Shown: piece by piece, positions 49,914-60,177 of the stretch | How the letters are laid out: every line of letters begins with the position of its first letter | Numbering within the stretch: the first letter of the stretch is position 1 | Source of the DNA: Anaeramoeba ignava BMAN | Lineage: Eukaryota; Protista; Anaeramoebae | Reading direction: 5' to 3' | Assembly: GCA_028826165.1 (NCBI GenBank) | Contig: JAPDFW010000012.1 | Span: forward strand, 1 to 64,000 | DNA length: 64,000 nucleotides | Notes under the pieces: generated by a model | What the model was told of the DNA's origin: nothing | Databases searched by the model: none | Seen by the model: only the letters and a program-made list of their open reading frames with translations | Translations under genes and position numbers: made by a program

Positions 49914-52430
49914 TCATTTGAAAATCTTTAAACAATTCACTAATTGATTTTGAGTAAAATTAACAGCTTCAGTAAAATCACTTGGAGAAAGAAAACCTTT
50001 CCTTTTATTATCAAGACATTTCCAAACTAACAAGAGATCTTTTGGGGGACGAGAATTTTCATCTTGAAAAGTAATAACAGCAACAACTTTCCACAAATCA
50101 AATAGTTCGATTCTTCCAACTCCTCTTTGGTCATAAATATTAAAACAAAAACAAAGTTGATCAAGAAAGGATCCGCGAAGCAAACAATTCAAACCGACAA
50201 TAAGTTGTTTGAATTCCAATTTTCCTTTCTTTTTGTCGTCAAAACCCCAAAACAAAAACTGAATTTGTTGAGGATTCACAATTCCAAGTTGATTGCACAT
50301 TTTTGTAAATGATTCTTGATTCATGACTTTGTTTGGAAATTGCTCGCAGAATTTTTGGAACATTTGACGGATTTCCGTCTTTGTAAACGAGGAAATATGT
50401 TGCAAATGTTCCACTTCCAATTCGGAAAGAGTTGATGAAGAATCATTATCAACAGCGCCGTCAGTCAAATTAATTGCGATGATAAGACTTTGTATCCAGT
50501 CCTCATAATCCTTTGCGTTTTCGGCAAAAAACCAGAACTGTTTCTTTGCTTTTGTGATGATTTTAAATGTGAAATGTTTGTTGAATTTTCGGTTGAACGG
50601 AATCAAGTGCGAATCTTGCAAATCAATGTATCCAATCGGATTACTTGTTGATCCTGATTCGAAGAAGAAGAGTTTACTGGAATCAATCATGAAGAACTTG
50701 CGTTTCCATTTGCGTTTGAGATGGGTTGTTTGCAGAAACGAGAGAAAACCCTGTTTTTTATTGAGATGCGAAAACTTGATAAAATAGTTGAAATTCTTGA
50801 TTGTATTTGTGATACTTTCAATCCAATTATGAAAATCTTGGTTTGATTCCGACTCAAGAACATAAATTTGGTCTGTTGGAAAAGAGAGCTTGAAAATAAA
50901 CGGCGGTTCCTTAAGCAATGGGTTTGCCTCGATCCTGAGCTTTTGGATCGAGATGTAATTCAATGGTTCCTCGTTTTTATCTGAGTTTTTCAACTGAAGT
51001 AAATGTGTTCCTTTTAAGTCAAACCAAAACCGTTTTTTCTTTGTGTTTGTCGAATGCACCCACAGATATCCCTTTGTGATCGTCGACGTTGTGATTCCGA
51101 TTGGATGCTGTTCCATATCCATGTTTTGGTTTGAAACAAACCCCAAAAATTCATCACCTTTACTTGAGTCACTAAATGTGTCCCCAAAATCCATTGATTT
51201 TATTTCTTGCTCCATTCCGTCATCCTGGATATCGTCCTGGTACTCGCTTTGTGTTTGTGTTTGTGTTGTTGTTGATGTTTGTTGGTTGTCGTCTTGATGT
51301 TCGCTTTGTGTTTGTGCTTCATTTTCTGGTTGATATTTATTTGAATTTGAATTTGAATTTGCATTTGCATTTTCAGAAAGATTATAATAAGAATTATAAA
51401 GCCGATTTTGTTTGGTGTTTGAAATCCCTTTTTCTTCATAATATTTGCCTCTTTTCTGCTTCATAATATCATATGGCGAAGAATAGGGAGAATTTTCGTT
51501 GAAAAGGTTCATTTTTAATTCCAAATTTGAACCGCCTTTATGAGCCATTTTTTCTTGGAAAAACCCGTTGGTTCGCACATAATTATCGGGTGTTTTTGAT
51601 AGTGATTTCGCCGCAGAACGGCTCTCAACAATATTGGCTCTTTTTTGCATCAATCCAAAACTATTCCGTCTTTTTTGATCTTGTTTTATTACCGGAATTT
51701 CAATTTTCATTTCATTTGAACGACTGTTTTGCGTTGATCTTCGAATATAATTCTCCAGTAAATTGAACCAAATCATCAATTCCTTTGTGTATTCTTCTTG
51801 TTTTTTCTCATAAACTTCAACCTCGTTTTTATCCTTCAATTTATTCTTCAAAAACACTGGACTCAAATACATTGGTTTGAATAAACTGTGTTCCAGCGTA
51901 ATAATTGCGTATCCGTTTTTCTGTGTTTGGATACTTGCTTTGATATCATTGAGGAATATGATTCCTTCAGGAAACTCCAAATCATCTTTACTTTTAAAAT
52001 ACAATAAAATATTATCAAATAATTGGAAAAAATAATTGTTTGATTTTCGCGATCCTTTGTCTTCTTTGGATAGAAATCCTGAATGATGACATTCAACATC
52101 CTGCGTTTTTCTTGTCGGTTGAGCCGACAGGATTTGGGTTTGAATTGTTTGGACCCAATCTTCACATTCATTTGGTGTTTTTGCTTGAATCAAAAATTTC
52201 CGGCGATTTGAGTGAACTATTTGAAATGAATTTTTTGGATTCTTCACTTTTAGACAATATGCTCCATCAAGTGAAATTACTCCAAGTGGGTTTTGTTGTG
52301 ATTTCTGGTTTTTATAATAACTTATTGTGTTGTCTTTTTTTAATATAAACCATCTTTTTCTCCATGTTTTATATCCTCCTCCTTGTTTAGTTAAATATCC
52401 TGTTTTAATTATAATTTGATTTTCATCCAT
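49914..52430 (-). CDS. Protein with four PH domains and a C-terminal NCS/frequenin-recoverin-like EF-hand domain, intronless
   Basis: PH1 KTGYLTKQGGGYKTWRKRWFIL...CEDWVQTI; PH2 SGFLSKE...LMIWFNLL; PH3 KGYLWV..KKRFWFDL...HNWIESI; PH4 QGFLSF..WKRKFFMI...EDWIQSL; NCS-like FTKTEIRQMFQKF...FLFWGFD...LRGSFLDQLCFCFNIYD. Confidence 0.88.
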   Translation of the reverse strand: MDENQIIIKTGYLTKQGGGYKTWRKRWFILKKDNTISYYKNQKSQQNPLGVISLDGAYCLKVKNPKNSFQIVHSNRRKFLIQAKTPNECEDWVQTIQTQILSAQPTRKTQDVECHHSGFLSKEDKGSRKSNNYFFQLFDNILLYFKSKDDLEFPEGIIFLNDIKASIQTQKNGYAIITLEHSLFKPMYLSPVFLKNKLKDKNEVEVYEKKQEEYTKELMIWFNLLENYIRRSTQNSRSNEMKIEIPVIKQDQKRRNSFGLMQKRANIVESRSAAKSLSKTPDNYVRTNGFFQEKMAHKGGSNLELKMNLFNENSPYSSPYDIMKQKRGKYYEEKGISNTKQNRLYNSYYNLSENANANSNSNSNKYQPENEAQTQSEHQDDNQQTSTTTQTQTQSEYQDDIQDDGMEQEIKSMDFGDTFSDSSKGDEFLGFVSNQNMDMEQHPIGITTSTITKGYLWVHSTNTKKKRFWFDLKGTHLLQLKNSDKNEEPLNYISIQKLRIEANPLLKEPPFIFKLSFPTDQIYVLESESNQDFHNWIESITNTIKNFNYFIKFSHLNKKQGFLSFLQTTHLKRKWKRKFFMIDSSKLFFFESGSTSNPIGYIDLQDSHLIPFNRKFNKHFTFKIITKAKKQFWFFAENAKDYEDWIQSLIIAINLTDGAVDNDSSSTLSELEVEHLQHISSFTKTEIRQMFQKFCEQFPNKVMNQESFTKMCNQLGIVNPQQIQFLFWGFDDKKKGKLEFKQLIVGLNCLLRGSFLDQLCFCFNIYDQRGVGRIELFDLWKVVAVITFQDENSRPPKDLLLVWKCLDNKRKGFLSPSDFTEAVNFTQNQLVNCLKIFK

Positions 52431-52579
52431 ATTTTTTTTTTGTTTGAAAAAATTGAGATAAAAGAAAATGAAAGAAAAAAATTTAAAAAAATAAAAATTT
52501 AAAAATTTAAAAATTTAAAAATGAAAAAGAAAAAAATGAAAGAAAAAAATGAAAAATTTTTAATTTTTAATTTTAATTA

Positions 52580-55090
52580 AATTTGGAATTAATTTGTAAT
52601 TAATTTGGAATTAATTTATAATTAATTTAGAATTGATTTATAATTGATTTATAATTGATTTATAATTAATTTATAATTGATTTATAATTGATTTATAATT
52701 AATTTATAATTAATTTATAATTGATTTATAATTGATTTATAATTAATTTATAATTGATTTATAATTGATTTATAATTGATTTATAATTGATTTATAATTA
52801 ATTTATAATTGATTTATAATTGATTTATAATTAATTTATAATTAATTTATAATTAATTTATAATTGATTTATAATTAATTTATAATTGATTTATAATTGA
52901 TTTATAATTAATTTATAATTGATTTATAATTGATTTATAATTAATTTATAATTGATTTATAATTAATTTATAATTGATTTATAATTAATTTATAATTAAT
53001 TTATAATTAATTTATAATTAATTTATAATTAATTTATAATTGATTTATAATTGATTTATAATTGATTTATAATTAATTTAATTAATTTATAATTTATATT
53101 TTTATTATTAATTTATAATTGATTTATAATTAATTTATAATTAATTTATAATTGATTTATAATTGATTTATAATTAATTTATAATTAATTTATAATTAAT
53201 TTATAATTAATTTATAATTGATTTATAATTATTTATAATTAGATTTATAATTAATTTATAATTGATTAATTTATAATTAATTTATAATTGATTTATAAAT
53301 TGATTTATAATTAATTTATAATTGATTTATAATTGATTTATAATTAATTTATAATTGATTTATAATTAATTTATAATTAATTTATAATTAATTTATAATT
53401 TATTTATAATTGATTTATAATTGATTTATAATTAAATTGATTTATAATTAATTTATAATTAATTTATAATTGATTTATAATTGATTTATATTAATTTATA
53501 ATTGATTTTAATTTATGATTTAGAATTAATTTATAATTAATTTATAATTGATTTATAATTAATTTATAATTGATTTATAATTAATTTATAATAATTTATA
53601 ATTGATTTATAATTAATTAATTTAATTAATAATTATTTTATAATTGATTTATAATTAATTTGAATTAATTTATAATTAATTTGTACCAATTTTATAATTA
53701 ATTGATTTATAATTGATTTATAATTAATTTATAAATTAATTTATAATTGATTTATAATTGATTTATAATTGATTTATAATTAATTTATAATTAATTTTAT
53801 AATTAATTTATAATTTATAATTGATTTATAATTGATTTATAATTAATTGATTTATAATTGATTTATTTTTATAATTGATTTATATTGAATTTATAATTGA
53901 TTTATAATTGAATTTATAATTGATTTATAATTGATTTAAATTGATTTATAATTGATTTATAATTGATTTATAATTGATTTATAATTAATTTATAATTGAT
54001 TTATAATTAATTTATAATTGATTTATAATTGATTTATAATTGATTTATAATTAATTTATAATTAATTTATAATTGATTTATAATTAATTTATAATTAATT
54101 TAGAATTGATTTATAATTAATTTATAATTAATTTATAATTGATTTATAATTGATTTATAATTGATTTATAATTGATTTATAATTGATTTATAATTAATTT
54201 ATAATTGATTTATAAATTAATTTATAATTGATTTATAATTGATTTATAATTAATTTATAATTAATTAATTGATTTAGAATTAATTTATAATTTAATTTAT
54301 AATTGATTTATAATTGATTTATAATTAATTTATAATTAATTTATAATTGATTTGGAATTGATTTATAATTAATTTAGAATTGATTTTTATAATTAATTAT
54401 AATTGATTTTATAATTAATTTATAATTTATTTTTATAATTGATATAATTGATTTATAATTAATTTATAATTGATTTATAATTGATTTAATTGATTTATAA
54501 TTAAATTTATAATTGATTTATAAATAATTTTAAATTAATTTATAATTGATTTATAATTAATTTATAATTGATTTATAAATTAATTTATAATTGATTTATT
54601 ATTGATTTATAATTAATTTATAATTGATTTTATAATTGATTTATAATTGATTTATAATTAATTTGGAATTGATTTATAATTAATTTATAACCAATTAAAT
54701 TTTAATTTATAATTGATTTATAATTGATTTATAATTGATTTATAATTGATTTATAATTAATTTATAATTAATTTATATTATTTATAATTGATTTATAATT
54801 GATTTATAATTGATTTTATAATTGATTTTATAATTGATTTTATAATTGATTTAGAATTGATTTATAATTGATTTATAATTAATTTGGAATTAATTTATAA
54901 TTAATTTATAATTGATTTATAATTGATTTATAATTGATTTATAATTAATTTATAATTGATTTTATAATTGATTTAGAATTGATTTAGAATTGATTTATAA
55001 TTGATTTATAATTGATTTATAATTGATTTATAATTGATTTATAATTTATTTATAATTGATTTGTAATTGATTTAGAATTGATTTAGAATT
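52580..55090. repeat. ~2.5 kb satellite of TTTATAATTGA / TTTATAATTAA-type units
   Basis: Directly visible. Confidence 0.95.
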
Positions 55091-55108
55091 TGAATTTTGT
55101 TTTGAATT

Positions 55109-56604
55109 TTAAATGAAATAAGTTTCAACTTCATCAACAATCCATTTATTCTTAGAACCAGTTAAATAACTTTCCGCTTCATTTGTTCCATATTCGATTC
55201 CATCAGGGCGATTGTAACTTATACCAAAATTCGAATAACCAGATTGGAAATCTTCATATAATCTAAAATCTTTTCCAGCAAAAGAACCTCCAAAACTTGG
55301 TCCAGATTTTAAATGATACCAAACAGCAAATTTTTCTGCATTTTTTTTAATTGTAAATTTCTCAGGTTCTCTATCTCCTTTATCATTTCTTAGTGAAAAA
55401 ATAAATGCATCTGAATCAAAAATCCATCCATATTCAGCATTTTTGTCTTCTTCTCTCCATTTTGTTTTATCACTTATAAATCCAACTTTTGTAAATCCTC
55501 CAAAAATAAAATTATCTTTTGTTTTGATAATAACTAATGTCTTTCCTTTATTATCACATTTTTTATGCCATTTTTTTGTTGAAAATCCGTCTTCTTTTGT
55601 TGAAAATTGTTTTTTCATTTGGAAAAAGAATTTATCATCATTTATCCATTTTTTTAATTTCTTGAAATGCTTTATTTCTTGAATAATTTGTGAATCAAAT
55701 CTTATTCTTGGTTTGAAAATGAATGAATTTTGATTTTGATTTTGATCTTGAATAAATTTGTTCAGTTTCTTCTTCTTTTTTTGAGATTGAAGTTTTTGGA
55801 ATTCAATTAATTTTTCTGAAATCTGATTTGGAATTAAATCTGTTTTTAAAATATCTTCAAGTTCTTGTTCTGAAAAGTCAATAAATCTGATTTTATCGAT
55901 AATATTTGAAATTTGAATTTGGAATCTTTCTTTGTCTTCTTTTTCAATTTCTTTTTCTTGATTAAGATTGAGTTTATGTTTTCCCCATTTGATTATTGAT
56001 TGAAAGATTTCAAACTCATTTACTAAAATTTCATCATTTGATAAAATTGAATTTAAATGATTTTCTTCAAGTTCAAGAAAAAAAGGAGTTTTAATAAATT
56101 CATCAAAATTATCCAAAATAAATTGATAAGAAAAATCCATTAAGTTATTTAAGTTCATTGAATCAGATAATTTAAGAACATCAACAGTAATTTCAATTTG
56201 AAAGTTCTTTTTGATAAAATTTGAAGAAATTTCAATTAATTCATCAATTAAATATTTTGATGAAAAAAATAAAATTTCAAAAGCATTTTCTAAATTAATT
56301 TCAATTTTTCCTGAATAAAAATAATTCAAAATTGAAGATAGAATTGAACATGAAACATTTTGAAGAATCATTTTATTTTCTTGATATTCTTTCATTTTAG
56401 AATTAAAAAGTGATTTAAAATACTGACTTCTTGAAGAAAGAATTGATTTATGAGTTTTAAATGAAATTGGTTTTGTTTCTGGATTTTTTTGACAAATGAT
56501 TTCAAAATCAAAATAACTTTCATTTTCTTTTTCGTTTTGATTTTGATTTTGAATAAATTTTTTAAATCATTTGAAAGTTTTTCTAAATTTGAATAATTTT
56601 CCAT
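55109..56604 (-). CDS. BTB-BACK-TLDc protein; one frameshift near 56550
   Basis: Corrected N-terminus YFDFEIIC...FKTHKSILSSRSQYFKSLFNSKMKE; BACK (FLELEENHLNSILSND..EFEIFQSIIKWG..IRFIDF); TLDc (DGFSTKKWHKKCDNKGKTLVIIKTKDNFIFGGFT..GPSFGG..VDEVETY). Confidence 0.9.
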
Positions 56605-56712
56605 TTTTAAATAAAAAATTTAAAAAAAAAAATGAAAAAATTTATTTTCCTTTTTTTTTTTTTCATTTTTTTCCTTTTTTTCCTTTTTTTTTTTTAAATT
56701 ACAAAAAAAAAA
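56605..56712. promoter_or_regulatory. Putative minimal bidirectional promoter (BTB-TLDc / CCCH-PARP copy 1)
   Basis: 108 bp between divergent ATGs; A(n)TGA-A(n) at 56633 and T(n)TCA-T(n) at 56663. Confidence 0.6.
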
Positions 56713-59431
56713 ATGAGTCAAAATCAAAATCCAAATATAAATCAACTTTGTTCTTTTCTTTCAAAATATAAATGGTGTCATTCCTGGCAACATTTTAGTC
56801 ATAAAAACCATGCAGAACATCCACCAAAAAATGTGTTATGTTTAAATATTGTAAAAAATGGATCTTGTTCAGATATAAATTGTCCTTATCAACGTAAATT
56901 AAAATTATAATTATAATTAAAATTAAAATTAAAATTAAAATCAAAATTAAAATTAAAATTAAAATTAAAATTCATTTATAAAATTAAAATTAAAATTAAA
57001 ATTAAAATTAAAATTAAAATTAAAATTAAAATTAAAATTAAAATTTAAAATTAAAATTAAAATTAAAATTAAAATTAAAATTAAAATTAAAATTAAAATT
57101 AAAATTCATTTATAAAATTAAAATTAAATTTAAAATTAAAATTAAAATTAAAATTAAAATTAAAATTAAAATTAAAATTAAAATTAATTTAAAATTCAAA
57201 ATTAAAATTAAAATTAAAATTAAAATTAAAATTCATTTATAAAATTAAAATTAAAATTAAAATTAAAATTAAAATTAAAATTAAAAATTTATAAAATTAA
57301 AATTAAAATTAAAATTAAAATAAAAATTAAAATTAAAATTAAAATTAAAATTCATTTATAATTAAAATTAAAATTAAAATTAAAATTAAAATTAAAATTA
57401 AAATTAAAATTAAAATTAAAATTAAAATTAAAATTAAAATTAAAATTAAAATTCATTTATAATTAAAATTAAAATTAAAATTAAAATTAAAATTAAAAAA
57501 TTAAAATTCATTTATAAAATTAAAATTAAAATTCAAAATTAAAATTCATTTATAAAATTAAAAATTAAAAATTAAAATTAAAATTAAAATTAAAAATTAA
57601 AATTCATTTATAAAAATTAAAATTAAAATTAAAATTAAAATTAAAATTAAAATTAAAATTAAAATTAAAATTCATTTATAAAATTAAAAATTAAAATTAA
57701 AATTAAAATTAAAAATTAAAAATTTTAAAATTAAAATTAAAATTCAAAATTTAAATTAAAATTCATTTATAAAATTAAAATAATAATTAAAATTTAAATT
57801 AAAATTAAAATTATAATTAAAATCAAAATTAAAATTCATTTATAAAATTAAAATTCATTTATAAAATTAAAAATTAAAAATTTCTTTAGATGTCAATCCA
57901 AAAAATAAATATTATAATCAAATTGTTCAAGATGCTGATCCTGATCAAAAATTTCGAGGACAAAAAACTTATAATTGTTATTATTGGTGTGATTTCCCAA
58001 TGAAGGATCAAGTATGTTCAAATTATGCCGATTCAGGAGATTGTTCAGATTTAAATTGTTTATTTCAACATCATACAGATAAAAATTTTGTTAGAAACGA
58101 TCCAGTTATAACAAAACAAGAAAGAATATTACCTAAAAAATATAAGAAAAAAAAACAAGCAAATCAAAAACCAAAAATCAATCCTCTTCCTCAAGTTATA
58201 AAAACAGTCGATGAAATTCTTAAAAACCAAACAAATCAAAATTTTTTATCAATTCCACTTTACGCACAATTATGTCCTAATTTAACATTTTCTCAACAAA
58301 AAACAATAATCGGATGTACAAATCCAATATGTCCTTATGCACATCCAAATCCAAATGCAATTATAAAATACAATCATCAATTTACCACAGATTGGCTTAT
58401 TACCATGTCAAGTGAATATTGTGAAGATTTTTCTGATACACTTGATTGTGATAATCTTAGTTGTCAAAAACAACATATAAATTGCTATAATAAATTACCT
58501 GAAGAACCACAAGAATCAGAAAATAGCCAACCTTTTTGTCCATATTTAATGAAAACTGGATATTGCAGAATTCGAACTGTTAGAGATTATACAGGAAATG
58601 ATAAAAGATTAGTTTGCGATTTTAATCATAATATCCTCCTACTTCCCAAATTAAACAACAAGATGCAAAATTAGAAGATCTTCCAACTGGAAATCCTATT
58701 TATATTGATATCCAAAAGAAATTCATCCAAAGTTGGACTTATGGATCAAAACCAACTGTTATCAAAATTCAAAAAATTATTAGTCCTTATTTATCGCATT
58801 GGTTTAATCAACGCAAAATATATCTTGAAGAAAGAAGAAAAAAAACCTTTGCTGTTAATGAACTTTATCATGGAACTGATGAGAGATATTTAAAAACAAT
58901 TATGGATACTGGATTTTATATTGTTAGTAATTATAATGCAAGTCCTAAATGTAAATCATCAGGATATAAAGGGAATAATAATCAACCATCTTTTTGTAAT
59001 AATACTTGTGAACATTGTATCGAAAAACATGTTTGGAATAAGTGCCATATGTATGGACTTGGGTAAGTATTTTTATTTAATTATTTCAATCAATTTTAAA
59101 TTATAAATTATTAAAATAATTTTTTTGAAATTTAAAAATGAAAAGGATTTATTTGACTCTTTGCACATCAAAAAGTGATAAATATGTGAAAGAATTAGGA
59201 AGTGACAGAAAAGTTTTCTTATGTGATGTTGTTTTAGGAGAATCATATTATCACAAAGAAAATCTTCAAAAACCTGAAGCAGCTCATGATTGGGTATTAC
59301 CTCCAGATGGATATGATTCAATAACTGTTCCTGGAACTGGAAATACTTCAACTTTAAATGTTATGAATAATGAATTTATTATTTTCCATAAATTTCAAGC
59401 AATTCCTCGATATCTTGTTACTTACAAATAA
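56713..59431 (+). CDS. CCCH zinc-finger / PARP catalytic domain protein, copy 1; 3 exons, 1-nt deletion near 58633
   Basis: Introns 56894-57889 (splits the His codon of CPYQH) and 59063-59145. Five CCCH fingers. PARP motifs ELYHGT, MYGLGIYLTLCTSKSDKY, VFLCDVVLG, GYDSI, NNEFIIFHKFQAIPRYLVTY. Confidence 0.88.
56900..57880. repeat. (TTAAAA)n plus TTCATTTATAA satellite filling intron 1 of PARP copy 1
   Basis: Directly visible. Confidence 0.9.
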
Positions 59432-59459
59432 ATCAATTCAATTTATTTGGATTATTTCT

Positions 59460-60050
59460 TTTAATCAAATTAAATCAAATCAAATTAAATCCAAATTAAA
59501 TCCAAATTAAATAAATTAAATTAAATCAATTTAATACAATTTAATTCAATATTCAATTCAATATTCAATTCAATTCAATATTCAATTCAATTCAATATTT
59601 AATTCAATATTTAATTCAATATTCAATTCAATATTCAATTCAAATCAATATTCAATTCAATTCAATTCAATATTCAATTCAATTCAATATTCAATTCAAT
59701 ATTTAATTTAATATTTAATTTAATATTCAATTCAATTTAATTCAATTCAATATTTAATTCAAATCAATTCAATACAATTCAATATTCAATTTAATTCAAT
59801 ATTCAATTTAATATTCAATTCAATATTCAATATTCAATTTAATATTCAATTCAATTTAATTCAATTCAATTCAATATTCAATTCAATATTCAATTCAATA
59901 TTCAATTCAATTCAATATTCAATTTAATTCAATATTCAATTTAATTCAAATCAATTTAATTCAATTCAATATTCAATTCAATTCAATTCAATATTCAATT
60001 CAAAATTCAATTCAATTCAATTTAATTCAATATTCAATTCAATTCAATTC
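59460..60050. repeat. (TTCAA)n / TTCAATA satellite spacer between PARP copies 1 and 2
   Basis: Directly visible. Confidence 0.9.
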
Positions 60051-60177
60051 ATAAAAAAAAAGGAAAAAAAAAGAAAGAAAAAGGAAAAATAATAAAAAGA
60101 AGACATTTAATTAATTAAAAAAAAATTTATTTTCCTTTTTCTTTTTTCCTTTTTTTTTTTTAAATTACAAAAAAAAA

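Noticed and set aside
52580-55090. AT satellites as telomeric or centromeric repeats
   Set aside because: No G-rich telomere motif; arrays are internal, and the repeat type differs from spacer to spacer with ordinary genes between them
1-56604. Widespread frameshifts (HUWE1-like, Sin3, SART1, RhoGEF, NOL10, both BTB genes) as pseudogenes or Euplotes-style programmed frameshifting
   Set aside because: Most fall in homopolymers or simple repeats, both insertions and deletions occur, there is no shared slippery motif, and essential genes are affected. Uncorrected long-read error is the simplest explanation.
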